DNA from: Prochloraceae cyanobacterium
GTDB lineage: Bacteria > Cyanobacteriota > Cyanobacteriia > Cyanobacteriales > JASJDA01
Length of the DNA stretch: 64,000 nucleotides
Assembly (NCBI GenBank): GCA_030065755.1
Contig: JASJDA010000003.1
Span: 5,454 to 69,453 of the forward strand
Direction: 5' to 3'
Shown: positions 35,649 through 45,211 of the stretch, one piece after another
Numbering within the stretch: position 1 is the first letter of the stretch
How the letters are laid out: each line of letters opens with the position of its first letter
Made by a program: the position numbers and the translations under genes
The notes under the pieces: model-generated
What the model was told of the DNA's origin: nothing
Database searches by the model: none
Seen by the model: only the letters and a program-made list of their open reading frames with translations

Positions 35649-36719
35649 TTAAAATGCTGTCTTAGGTATTCTTTCCACTGAATCAACAATGCCTTGGAAA
35701 TGATTGGTAAGGACTTCTTGAGAATAAGGAACAACGCCAGATTCTCCAAACCATCCATCAAACATTTGCTTAAATTCAGGGTCTTCAATAAGATATCCTT
35801 GAATCGCCCTTAAAATACTATAATTAACAAAATCTCGCCAGTTAGAATCATTTTCTCGTAGCAAGCAGGCGTAGGATTCGCGACTAATTAGATCGTCTGG
35901 CGGGACAATTTCCCAAGTATCTGGTTTAGTGGCTCTTTGTTTGAGTGCCTCCAGAAGAATTCCATCACCAGCATAGACATCAATTTTTCCCTGTTGTAGT
36001 TGAGAGAAACCATCCTTACCATTTGCCACAGTAACCAAATTTAGTCGAGTGTCAAGAACTTTGAGAACATTTTCAGTGGTTGTATTTCGCTCAACCCCAA
36101 TGCGCAGAGAACGCAAATCTTTTAGAGAATCCAACTTGGTTCCTTTTTTTACCAATAATTGAGTTCCAGTGACAAAATAACTGAGGGAAAAATCCACATA
36201 TTTTTCTCGATTCCAAGTAAAGGTAGTCGGACCGCAGGAAATATCAACTTTGCCATCCATAACCAAATCAAAACGATTTTGCGTATTGACTTCTATTAAT
36301 TCCAGCTTGAGGGGCTTTTTTAAGGCTTTTTCTAGTTGGCTTTTTACAACTGTCATCATGTCAATTCCGTAGCCTACCCATTTCCCCTTTTCATTGACAT
36401 AACCAAAGGGTTCGGCATCCTTCCAAGCACCTGCTCTTATAACTCCCGTGCGCTTAATACGCTCTATAGTAGTTTCTGCGAGACTGGAGGATTGTAGAAA
36501 AATACTGAAGACAAATGCTAAAAAGCCAATATAGAAAAATTTGTGGTTAAAGATTCTGTTCAATATTTTAACTCCTGAAACACTATTATTTTTCGTTTTT
36601 GACAGAGTATCTATTTCTCTAGAAATCCTTCTAGCTGTAAGATAACGATTGCGAAACAGAAGGGCATTAATTGTTTTTGAAGCTAGTAAAAAATTTCCTT
36701 TGCTTGACATAAAATGCAA
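35649..36719 (-). CDS. grrP: Periplasmic substrate-binding-like orphan protein of the Grr system
   Basis: SBP family 3 motifs (DAEPFGY, GYGID, TFTWNREKYVDFS, DGILLE) immediately upstream of grrM. True start is probably downstream, nearer the signal peptide FFYIGFLAFVFSIFL. Confidence 0.8.
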   Translation of the reverse strand: MHFMSSKGNFLLASKTINALLFRNRYLTARRISREIDTLSKTKNNSVSGVKILNRIFNHKFFYIGFLAFVFSIFLQSSSLAETTIERIKRTGVIRAGAWKDAEPFGYVNEKGKWVGYGIDMMTVVKSQLEKALKKPLKLELIEVNTQNRFDLVMDGKVDISCGPTTFTWNREKYVDFSLSYFVTGTQLLVKKGTKLDSLKDLRSLRIGVERNTTTENVLKVLDTRLNLVTVANGKDGFSQLQQGKIDVYAGDGILLEALKQRATKPDTWEIVPPDDLISRESYACLLRENDSNWRDFVNYSILRAIQGYLIEDPEFKQMFDGWFGESGVVPYSQEVLTNHFQGIVDSVERIPKTAF

Positions 36720-36872
36720 TTAACAACCCTTACTCCATCCGCGCTCCAAACTATTATCAGAAGGGAAATGAATATTCATCTTCATTACTATACCATCCGT
36801 CTTCATCTTTCTCCCTCTAATTATGTTGTTATGCCAATTCTCGAAAATAATGAGAGACTTAGGAGAAGGTTA

Positions 36873-37131
36873 GGGAACAGGGAACAGGGAAGACAGGAAT
36901 TTGAGCAGACAAGATGCGATCGAGTGTAATTTAAGTTTATAGTTTTATAATTCAATTTATGGATCGAGCGATAAAAATAGAACAAGAAATTAAAGAATTT
37001 CGATTATGAATTTATTTCGTATCTGTTATTTTACATCCTATTCTCAAAAGTAACTGGAAAAATAAGAAATACTTTTTATTAATAAAAAAAGCTCAAATCC
37101 CTCTGTTCCCTATTCCCTGTTCCCTGTTCCC
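36873..37131. repeat. MITE-like element with GGGAACA-based terminal inverted repeats
   Basis: Left GGGAACAGGGAACAGGGAA...ATTTGAGC (36873-36906) pairs with right GCTCAAAT...TTCCCTGTTCCCTGTTCCC (37091-37131) around an AT-rich core. Confidence 0.6.
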
Positions 37132-37182
37132 TTTCTGAAAAACCACTTTTAACTCACTTTACTCAGACTATATGTTTTAGTT

Positions 37183-39975
37183 CTATTGTTTCTTCTGTGT
37201 TTGTTGATTCAATTGTTTTAATATGTTTTCTAGTTGGAGCTGATATTGACCGTAGCTGACCCAGTCTCCTCTACGCAGCGCCTCAATTCCTTTTTGGTAG
37301 GTCAAGAGCGCTTCTTTGCCGAGCCGGAGTACTTCAGACGGTACGGCTGTGTCTCCTAGCTGTACTTCAGGCATTTGCTGTTGTTGGCTGCCAAAAATGG
37401 CCGCAATAGCCTCATCGAGAGATTTTTCCATCACTATCTGATTCTGATAAGCGACGATAACTCGTTTCAACTCAGGCAACTCGCTTTGTTCGGCTCGCAG
37501 GTAAACTGGCTCGACATAGAGCAAAGAATTGAGTATGGGAATCACTAACAAATCGCCGCGAATCACCCTAGAACCTTGCTGACTCCACAAAGTCAACTGT
37601 TGGGAAATTTTGGGATTTTGATCGATGCGAGCTTCAATTTGCCTCGGACCATAAACTAATTCTTGTTTGGGAAACTGGTAGAGCAGCAACTTACCATAAT
37701 TCTCACCATCCGATCGCGCCGTCATCCAGGCGATCGTGTTGTCTTTATTAGCGGGAGTGAAGGGCAAAATCAGCAGAAATTCTGCTGTTTTTTCTCGCGG
37801 CAAGCGCATAATCGCATAGTAGGGCTGCATCAGTTGGGAGTTCCCTTCATAAATCTGTTTGGGGAAGCGCCACAAGTCCTCTCGATTGTAAAATACTTCG
37901 GGATTGCTCATGTGGTAAGTTAGATACATTTGACCCTGGATTTTAAATAAATCGCGAGGGTAGCGAAAATGAACTTTCACTGCCGTGGGAATTGACTGGC
38001 TCGATTCAAATAGGTTCGGGAAGATTTTGCGATAAGTAGCTAGAACAGGATCCTTTTCGTCAACGACAAAAAACTTCATGCTGCCGTCATAGGCATCCAG
38101 CACAACTTTAACCGAGTTGCGAATGTAGTTAACTCCACCCTCGATAATTTGCTGAGCATTTGACTCTCGTAAAATAGATTGAGCATCATTAGTGCGCCCA
38201 ACTGGCTCGGAATAGGGATAGCGATCGCTCACCGTATAAGCATCAATCAACCACTGCAGTCGCCCGTCAATCAGAGCCACATAAGGATCGTTGTCAAATC
38301 GTAGAAACGGCGCTACTTTTTGCACTCTTTCTTCAATCTGCCGGTAATAATGGATGCGGGACTGGTTAGTAAAGTAGTTGGAAATTAAAATCTTGATACT
38401 GCCAAAATCGAGAGCATAAGCCAGGCGATGCCACACAGAGGACAGGGGAACTCCACCAGTACCGTCGTATTGGGTGAATACGTTTTCACTTCCTTGAGGA
38501 TAGTCGAATTCGTCAGTTGTAGTGCCAGTAAAGATATAGGATTTTGTTTTTTCCCCGTAGTAAATTGCTGATGACTTAATTGTCAGGTTGACATTGGATA
38601 CGGGCGGTATATCTTTAATATAGAGTTTGGGTAAACCATCAGGAGTGACTGTGTTGACAGGACTCATGACTAATCCATAGCCGTGAGTATACTTAAGTCG
38701 CTGATTGACCCACGTTCGCGCCTTTTGTGGTAATTGTTCGTAGTCCAGTTCCCGCGCCGCCAGCATCACTTGTCGGTAATTATCGCCGTTTAAGTTGTAG
38801 CGATCTACATCTACGTCTTTAAATCGGTAGTAGAGACGAATTTCCTGAAGCTGGCGATAGGTATTCAGTAAAGGTCTGTAGTCCCACAACCGAATATTAT
38901 CAATTGTTGGCTGGTTTTCTAATAATACCTGGCGATTTAATTGGTCTTTAACCTGATAGTTAAACTGTGCTACCTCAGAGAGCCCGTAGGCTTTCTGGGT
39001 CAATTCAATATTATGAGCTATGTATGGCAATTCTTTTTCTAATTGGTTGGGAGCAACGATAAATTGTTCGACAAACCAGGGGTAAATGCCCCAAAGCAGC
39101 ACCCACGCACAAGCGCTCAAACCAATTCCGATTGCTGGGGTGGTTAAATTGCCGCCAAGGGCCGAGAAGACAAATAGCGCTGCTACTACTAGGGCTGCTA
39201 TGCTCAAAACGTAATAAGCTAAAATCCTAGCTTTAACGTCAGTGTAGCCTGCTCCGAAAACGACTCCTTGAGGAGAATAAAGTAACTGGTAGCGTTGTAA
39301 CCAGAAGCCACAGGCGGCTAAGAAAGCGATCGCTGAGCTAAGCCAGTTCAGATGAGCCCTCGCTTTCTGACCGTAGATAATCCTACTCCAGCCATTGACA
39401 AAAGAAATTTTTCCTTTCAATCCGTAAACCGATACCGACAGCAGCAATCCCCAAACCACCAACACTAAGAGCCAATTGAGAATTCCTTCGTAAAAGGGTA
39501 ATTGAAAAAGGTAAAAGCCAATATCGCGAGCGTAGATGGGATCGCGATCGTTAAAATAACTGGAATTGAGATACTTTAAGACTATTTCCCAGGCTGAGCT
39601 GCTCACTGTTGCTGTGCTGCTAGCGATCAGAAAAATCAGACCCAAAGCGATATAGTTAATGGTTTTTTTGACTACATTTTCTAAACCGTTCTCGGAGAGA
39701 AACTTCAGGGTGCGATTTGGTTTGAGTAAACGCACTGGCTCACTCGAGCTTATTATCAGAGCCAGTTGATAGTTTCCCCAAAGAAAAAGAAAGTAGAAAA
39801 TGAAGCTAACCAGCCAAAGTCCAATTTGCCAGCCCACTCTGAGCCAGAAAACTTCAGAAAAACCGACTCCTTCAAACCACCAGGCTTCGGTAAGCAGGTG
39901 TATGAGAGTTTTAGATATAAAGATACCTACAAATAGGAGGAGAACGATCGGAATGCTCGCGGTGCGCCAGTTCAT
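37183..39975 (-). CDS. UPF0182-family integral membrane protein
   Basis: DIGFYLFQLPF, GAGYTDV, NIRLWD, YTHGYG, NYIRNSVK, GPRQIEARIDQ, LLYVEPVYL. Confidence 0.93.
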   Translation of the reverse strand: MNWRTASIPIVLLLFVGIFISKTLIHLLTEAWWFEGVGFSEVFWLRVGWQIGLWLVSFIFYFLFLWGNYQLALIISSSEPVRLLKPNRTLKFLSENGLENVVKKTINYIALGLIFLIASSTATVSSSAWEIVLKYLNSSYFNDRDPIYARDIGFYLFQLPFYEGILNWLLVLVVWGLLLSVSVYGLKGKISFVNGWSRIIYGQKARAHLNWLSSAIAFLAACGFWLQRYQLLYSPQGVVFGAGYTDVKARILAYYVLSIAALVVAALFVFSALGGNLTTPAIGIGLSACAWVLLWGIYPWFVEQFIVAPNQLEKELPYIAHNIELTQKAYGLSEVAQFNYQVKDQLNRQVLLENQPTIDNIRLWDYRPLLNTYRQLQEIRLYYRFKDVDVDRYNLNGDNYRQVMLAARELDYEQLPQKARTWVNQRLKYTHGYGLVMSPVNTVTPDGLPKLYIKDIPPVSNVNLTIKSSAIYYGEKTKSYIFTGTTTDEFDYPQGSENVFTQYDGTGGVPLSSVWHRLAYALDFGSIKILISNYFTNQSRIHYYRQIEERVQKVAPFLRFDNDPYVALIDGRLQWLIDAYTVSDRYPYSEPVGRTNDAQSILRESNAQQIIEGGVNYIRNSVKVVLDAYDGSMKFFVVDEKDPVLATYRKIFPNLFESSQSIPTAVKVHFRYPRDLFKIQGQMYLTYHMSNPEVFYNREDLWRFPKQIYEGNSQLMQPYYAIMRLPREKTAEFLLILPFTPANKDNTIAWMTARSDGENYGKLLLYQFPKQELVYGPRQIEARIDQNPKISQQLTLWSQQGSRVIRGDLLVIPILNSLLYVEPVYLRAEQSELPELKRVIVAYQNQIVMEKSLDEAIAAIFGSQQQQMPEVQLGDTAVPSEVLRLGKEALLTYQKGIEALRRGDWVSYGQYQLQLENILKQLNQQTQKKQ

Positions 39976-40039
39976 GTTTAGGGATCGATAGCTGTCATTC
40001 TTTTAATTTACTAGTAAATTCGATCTCATTAACATCAAG

Positions 40040-40402
40040 TTATTTTTCTTGTAAAAGGGCTTGACAATAACCGATAAGTTTCTGCGTGCGATCGCTCACT
40101 GTTTTCAATCTGGCTTCGGTAGTTGCAGCTTGACGGGAGGAGCGCAAAAACAAAATATCAGTACCCAGAAGCCTTATAGCTCGGTAAATCTCGGTTTGAA
40201 TAGATTGCCATCGAGATGCGATCGCGGGATCTACCTCATCACTCGTCAAAATTGCAACTTGCTTTTGGAAAATTTGCTGTACATTTTGAAAATTTTGTTG
40301 TAACGAAGCTGCATCGGTGTTGGAAGCAGTAGAAAGATTTTGTAAATCTAGGAGCGTTCTTAAAAATTCCTGATAAGCTTGACGGTGTGATTTAGGTAAC
40401 AT
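40040..40402 (-). CDS. patD: PatD-family protein
   Basis: WQSIQTEIYRAIRLLGTDILFLRSSRQAAT...LIGYC; divergent from rsh as in other cyanobacteria. Confidence 0.82.
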   Translation of the reverse strand: MLPKSHRQAYQEFLRTLLDLQNLSTASNTDAASLQQNFQNVQQIFQKQVAILTSDEVDPAIASRWQSIQTEIYRAIRLLGTDILFLRSSRQAATTEARLKTVSDRTQKLIGYCQALLQEK

Positions 40403-40683
40403 CTATAACCAGAATAAGTTAGAATTTTGGTAAATAATACTATCTTTAATGCACAAATTGAGCTAGGGAAGATCCTCTCCCAAGTCTAGACGTTTAAAAA
40501 TAATTATCTTAAAACAAATAATAAGACCCTGCCCTAGTACTTAACTCTGCTGGTAGAGAACGACATAGATCCCGAAACACCAGAGTAAGTTACTACTTTC
40601 AGTATTATCCAAGCAATTTTTAAAAACCCAGATTTACAAGCTATTTTCCTCACTCCTACTTCTATTTCCTCAAACATCTTAGT

Positions 40684-42930
40684 ATGAACTCAACCACATT
40701 GACCGCTCCTGAGCAATTTCAATTTCAGGTTCCCCACTGGCTTCAAGAATGCTTGCTAGCTGAGGAAAAAGGCAATAATGAAGACAATCATCTAGTTTGT
40801 AGTGCTTTTCAATTTGCCTATCAATTGCACGAAGGACAGTATCGTAAATCTGGGGAACCCTATATAGGTCACCCAGTGGCTGTTGCTGGTTTACTTCGGG
40901 ATCTCGGCGGTGACAGTGCTATGATAGCTGCTGGTTTCCTACACGACGTAGTCGAAGATACCGAAACGACGATCGAAGAAATTGAAGAACGCTTTGGTGC
41001 TGAGGTAAGACAGTTAGTAGAGGGTGTCACTAAACTATCTAAATTTAACTTCTCCAGTAAAACCGAACGTCAAGCAGAGAACTTTCGCCGCATGTTCCTG
41101 GCGATGGCGAAAGACATTAGAGTGATTGTAGTTAAATTAGCCGATCGCCTCCATAATATGCGCACGCTCCAACCTCTGAGACCGGAGAAACAGAAGCGCA
41201 TTGCACTAGAAACGCGAGAAATCTTTGCTCCTTTAGCTAATCGCTTGGGGATTGGATGTTTTAAGTGGGAATTAGAAGATTTATCTTTTAAATACTTAGA
41301 ACCAGAAGCTTATCGGAAAATACAAGGATTGGTAGCCGAAAAGCGGGTCGATCGCGAAGCCAGACTGGAAAAAGTTATTGAACTTCTACGGGAACGTTTG
41401 AGGAAAATCGGCATCAATGTCTTTGAAGTCAAAGGTCGTCCCAAGCACCTTTACGGCATTTACCATAAAATGTATAGGCTGCAAAAAGAATTTACGGAAA
41501 TTTACGATCTCGCTGGGGTGCGTATCATCGTCAATACAAATGAAGAATGTTATCGTACCTTAGCGGTGGCTCACGACGCTTTTAAACCAATTCCAGGTCG
41601 TTTTAAAGATTATATCGGCTTGCCTAAACCTAACCGCTACCAATCCCTTCACACTACAGTAGTGGGTTTACACGGTCGTCCTTTGGAAATACAGATCCGC
41701 ACCCTGGAAATGCATCAAGTTGCTGAATACGGGATCGCTGCTCACTGGAAATATAAAGAAACTGGCGGATCTAACTTCACCAAGTCAACCTCAGAAGACG
41801 AAAAATTTACTTGGTTGCGACAACTGCTAGAGTGGCAAAAGGAATTAAAAGACTCTCAGGAGTATATAGATAGTCTCAAAGATAATTTATTTGAGGACGA
41901 CGTATACGTATTTACTCCTAAGGGGGACGTAATCGCGCTGGCTCAAGGAGCCACAGCAGTAGATTTTGCCTATCGAATTCACACAGAAGTAGGCAATCAC
42001 ATGAAAGGAGCTAGAATTAACGGACGGTGGTCGGTTTTGGATACTCCACTGAAAAATGGGGATATTGTGGAAATTGTTACCAGTAAAAACAGCCATCCCA
42101 GTTTAGATTGGCTTAACTTTGCTGTTACACCCAGTGCGAGGAATCGCATCAGACAGTGGTATAAGCGATCGCACCGAGACGAAAATGTGGCTCGCGCTCA
42201 AAAATTGCTAGAAAAAGAATTGGGTAAAAGTAGTTTAGAAGCACTGCTCAAATCCGATCCCATGCAAACTGTAGCTGGTAGGTGCAATTATCAAAATGTT
42301 GAAGACTTACTAGCTGCTCTCGGTTACGGAGAAATAACTTTAAACCAAGTAGTTAACAAACTGCGAGAAGAGATTAAAGCGCAACAACCCCCAGAAGAAG
42401 AAACAGAATTTCAACCAGAATTACCTCCTCAAACCCAAGCAAAGGATATCAAAAGCGATCGAGGAGATCGATCTCCTATTATTGGTATAGAAGGAATGGT
42501 CTATTATGTTGCTGGCTGTTGCAACCCCGTTCCTGGGGAACCGATTATCGGTATTGTTACTCGCTCTGCTAAAGGAATTTCCATTCATCGCCAAGGATGT
42601 CCTAATGTAGAAGGGGTCCCAGGGGAGCGCCTAATTCCAGTGAGTTGGAACCGAAGCAATGCTAACGGAAGACCTCAGACTTATCCAGTTGACATTCAAA
42701 TTGAAGCGATCGATCGCGTTGGGGTACTCAGGGATATTTTGGCGCGCTTGAGTGATGAAAATATTAACGTGCGTAATGCTGGTGTGAAAACTAGTTTTGG
42801 CAAACCTGCTTTGATTTTCTTGAGCGTTGACGTGACCGATCGTCAACAATTAGAGTGCAGCATCAAAAAAATCAGAAATATGTGCGATATCCTCAATATT
42901 CGTCGGATAACTGAGGCTGATAACCTGTAG
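40684..42930 (+). CDS. spoT: Bifunctional (p)ppGpp synthetase/hydrolase (long RSH)
   Basis: HD domain (RKSGEPY, LHDVVEDT, KLADRLHNMRT), synthetase (YQSLHT, EIQIRT), TGS, ZFD (CCNP...HRQGC) and ACT domains. Confidence 0.96.
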   Translation: MNSTTLTAPEQFQFQVPHWLQECLLAEEKGNNEDNHLVCSAFQFAYQLHEGQYRKSGEPYIGHPVAVAGLLRDLGGDSAMIAAGFLHDVVEDTETTIEEIEERFGAEVRQLVEGVTKLSKFNFSSKTERQAENFRRMFLAMAKDIRVIVVKLADRLHNMRTLQPLRPEKQKRIALETREIFAPLANRLGIGCFKWELEDLSFKYLEPEAYRKIQGLVAEKRVDREARLEKVIELLRERLRKIGINVFEVKGRPKHLYGIYHKMYRLQKEFTEIYDLAGVRIIVNTNEECYRTLAVAHDAFKPIPGRFKDYIGLPKPNRYQSLHTTVVGLHGRPLEIQIRTLEMHQVAEYGIAAHWKYKETGGSNFTKSTSEDEKFTWLRQLLEWQKELKDSQEYIDSLKDNLFEDDVYVFTPKGDVIALAQGATAVDFAYRIHTEVGNHMKGARINGRWSVLDTPLKNGDIVEIVTSKNSHPSLDWLNFAVTPSARNRIRQWYKRSHRDENVARAQKLLEKELGKSSLEALLKSDPMQTVAGRCNYQNVEDLLAALGYGEITLNQVVNKLREEIKAQQPPEEETEFQPELPPQTQAKDIKSDRGDRSPIIGIEGMVYYVAGCCNPVPGEPIIGIVTRSAKGISIHRQGCPNVEGVPGERLIPVSWNRSNANGRPQTYPVDIQIEAIDRVGVLRDILARLSDENINVRNAGVKTSFGKPALIFLSVDVTDRQQLECSIKKIRNMCDILNIRRITEADNL

Positions 42931-42954
42931 AGACGTTTCATGAAACGTCTCTAC
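42927..42954. repeat. Perfect 28-bp GTAG-type REP-like palindrome; probable bidirectional terminator
   Basis: GTAGAGACGTTTCATGAAACGTCTCTAC between convergent rsh and rpmA; includes the rsh stop. Confidence 0.8.
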
Positions 42955-42972
42955 TACAGAATGGCGATCGCT

Positions 42973-43245
42973 CTAAACCGCTGTTTCTACTGGTACGGGA
43001 TAAACGCTTACTTTCTTGCGTTTTCTATCTCTATGTTCGAAGGTAACAACTCCATCAATTAGAGCAAACAAAGTATCGTCATTTCCACGACCTACGTTAT
43101 TTCCAGGATAGACTTTAGTGCCGCGCTGACGAACTAAAATATTCCCAGCTCTAACTACTTGACCTCCATAGCGCTTAACTCCTAAGCGCTTGGAATTAGA
43201 GTCACGACCGTTACGAGTACTACCAGTTCCTTTCTTATGTGCCAT
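42973..43245 (-). CDS. rpmA: 50S ribosomal protein L27
   Basis: [24 protein letters not shown]. Confidence 0.99.
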   Translation of the reverse strand: MAHKKGTGSTRNGRDSNSKRLGVKRYGGQVVRAGNILVRQRGTKVYPGNNVGRGNDDTLFALIDGVVTFEHRDRKRKKVSVYPVPVETAV

Positions 43246-43272
43246 AATTTTCTCCTATATCGCTCTTTTATT

Positions 43273-43680
43273 CTATTCTGAAGCAGTTTCAGCAGGTGTT
43301 TCAGTTTCAGCAGGTGCTTCAGTAGTTTTTTCCATCTCTACGGTTGCAGAAGCTAGTACCGAACCATTCATACTGATAGAATTAATCATCAGTCGGGTTA
43401 TCTCTTGACGGTGACCCCGTTTTTTACGGGTTTTCTTTTTCGGTTGCATCTTGTAGACGATTATTTTACGTCCCCGTCGATGTTCCATTACCGTCCCTTC
43501 TACGGTCGCACCTTCTACGTAAGGTTGACCGACACTGATTTCGTTTTCTTGACGTACCAACAAGACTTTATCAATGGTGTAGTTCTCGTTTGCTTCTACG
43601 TGAAGTAATTCTATATCGTAAAATCTACCAGGTTCGACGCGCAGTTGTTTGCCGCCAGTTTCAATTATTGCGTAAGTCAC
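43273..43680 (-). CDS. rplU: 50S ribosomal protein L21
   Basis: [21 protein letters not shown]; GTG start with AAGGAG. Confidence 0.98.
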   Translation of the reverse strand: MTYAIIETGGKQLRVEPGRFYDIELLHVEANENYTIDKVLLVRQENEISVGQPYVEGATVEGTVMEHRRGRKIIVYKMQPKKKTRKKRGHRQEITRLMINSISMNGSVLASATVEMEKTTEAPAETETPAETASE

Positions 43681-43890
43681 GATCGACTCTCCTTAAATTG
43701 CCGTACAGGTAGCCGTGAATTAATAAGGATGAATTATGAAGGATGAATTATGAATTGTTGGATTTAAGTCCCCTACTAAAAATTTAGTAGTCTTCATATA
43801 GGTTAGGGTAAGAAGCCTTATCCTTTATCTTTCATCCTTTATCCTTTCCTTAACTTCGGCTTTTGCTATGTCTCAACCCGATCCGAGCAT
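43681..43890 (-). promoter_or_regulatory. Structured rplU 5' leader (L21-leader-like) with an inserted repeat hairpin
   Basis: Minus strand GCTCGGATCGGGTTGAGAC...AGCCG [insert] CGGCTACCTGTACGGCAA before the RBS; AGCCG/CGGCT close a stem around an STRR-armed insert. Confidence 0.5.
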
Positions 43891-44007
43891 TAATTAGACA
43901 CACAATCTATAATTATACCTCGATTATTTAAAGTAAGGTTGACAGATATTTGTTTGGTGCTAAAAATCTATCGTCTATACTATTCAAGAGCAATATGCCA
44001 ATAACCC

Positions 44008-44754
44008 ATGAGTGAAAATCAATCATTGAACTCAAACGATCGAGCCTTTGAAAAACTTAACAATGTTAGTGTTTCTGATGGGGAAGCAACTTTTAAAGTA
44101 ATTGAAGAAGCAGTACTCAGACTTTGGGAAGTAGTCAACGGTTTAACAACCATCAGACCGCCAAAACGAGAAAATTATCGCGTTACCATATTTGGTTCGG
44201 CAAGAATTGGTAAAGACACTCCCATTTATAACGACGTCAAACTGTTAGCGACCGAACTTACTGCGATGGGATGCGATATAGTTACTGGAGGCGGGCCAGG
44301 ATTAATGGAAGCTGCAAATGAAGGTAGCGTCATAGCTGACCCTGAAGATAAACTTAAATCCATTGGCATCCGCGTGGCCCTAGAATTTGAACAAAATCCC
44401 AATCCTTTCGTAGAGCAAATATATCAGCATCGAACATTCTTTTCTCGCTTACATCACTTCATTCTCGTCTCCGATGCCTTTGTCGTAGTACCAGGAGGAA
44501 TTGGGACTACTTTAGAAGCATTAATGATTTGGCAATTGCTACAAGTTCGTCAACTCAATCATACACCTTTAATCATGTTGGGCGAGATGTGGTCCGATTT
44601 GCGGAATTGGGCTACTAAGTACATGGTTAATAGCGAACCGAAATTAGCCAAAGAAAATGACATGAATATTCCTCAATGCGTGGATACGGTTGAAGAAGCG
44701 ATCGCAATTTTGCGTCAATCTCAGGGACAATGGAAGAGTAAAACTGACGTATAA
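44008..44754 (+). CDS. LOG-family protein (nucleotide phosphoribohydrolase-like)
   Basis: VTIFGSAR, TGGGPGLMEAAN, PGGIGTTLE. Confidence 0.9.
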   Translation: MSENQSLNSNDRAFEKLNNVSVSDGEATFKVIEEAVLRLWEVVNGLTTIRPPKRENYRVTIFGSARIGKDTPIYNDVKLLATELTAMGCDIVTGGGPGLMEAANEGSVIADPEDKLKSIGIRVALEFEQNPNPFVEQIYQHRTFFSRLHHFILVSDAFVVVPGGIGTTLEALMIWQLLQVRQLNHTPLIMLGEMWSDLRNWATKYMVNSEPKLAKENDMNIPQCVDTVEEAIAILRQSQGQWKSKTDV

Positions 44755-44810
44755 TTTAGAGAGTTATACTACATATTTAAAACTCGACATAAATAAATTC
44801 CTATAAATTT

Positions 44811-45170
44811 ATGCCAAAGTTAGTCAGAAGCTTGCCATTTATTGCTCTAGGAAAAAATAAAATTCAAGGACTCATAAGGGTTGATGAATTAGATTTTATA
44901 TTTGAGTTTGAGGTTGGTTTTTTCAAAAAAAAGGTAAAAGAAATTAGAGTTTTAATAGATGATATTGAGTGCGTAGAGTTTAAGAAAAATATCTTTAAAA
45001 AACTCTTAATTATTACAACTCATAGTTTAAAAATATTGAGAGATATTCCAGGTAATAATTGTGGAAAAATAGAAGTTTATATACTCAAAGAAAATGTCAA
45101 AATTGCTGAAGATTTAGTTAGATTTTGGCAATTAAAATCCTCAGAAAATAGCCTAGACGAAATCCTATAA
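44811..45170 (+). CDS. Hypothetical protein (AT-rich, possibly PH-like fold)
   Basis: 119-aa ORF filling the gap between LOG and recF; no family recognised with confidence. Confidence 0.6.
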   Translation: MPKLVRSLPFIALGKNKIQGLIRVDELDFIFEFEVGFFKKKVKEIRVLIDDIECVEFKKNIFKKLLIITTHSLKILRDIPGNNCGKIEVYILKENVKIAEDLVRFWQLKSSENSLDEIL

Positions 45171-45211
45171 TTTGATGTCTATAAGAAAGCTAGAAATAGA
45201 TTGCGAGCGGG

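Noticed and set aside
40040-40402. patD as evidence for a heterocyst-forming host
   Set aside because: PatD homologues next to rsh also occur in non-heterocystous cyanobacteria.
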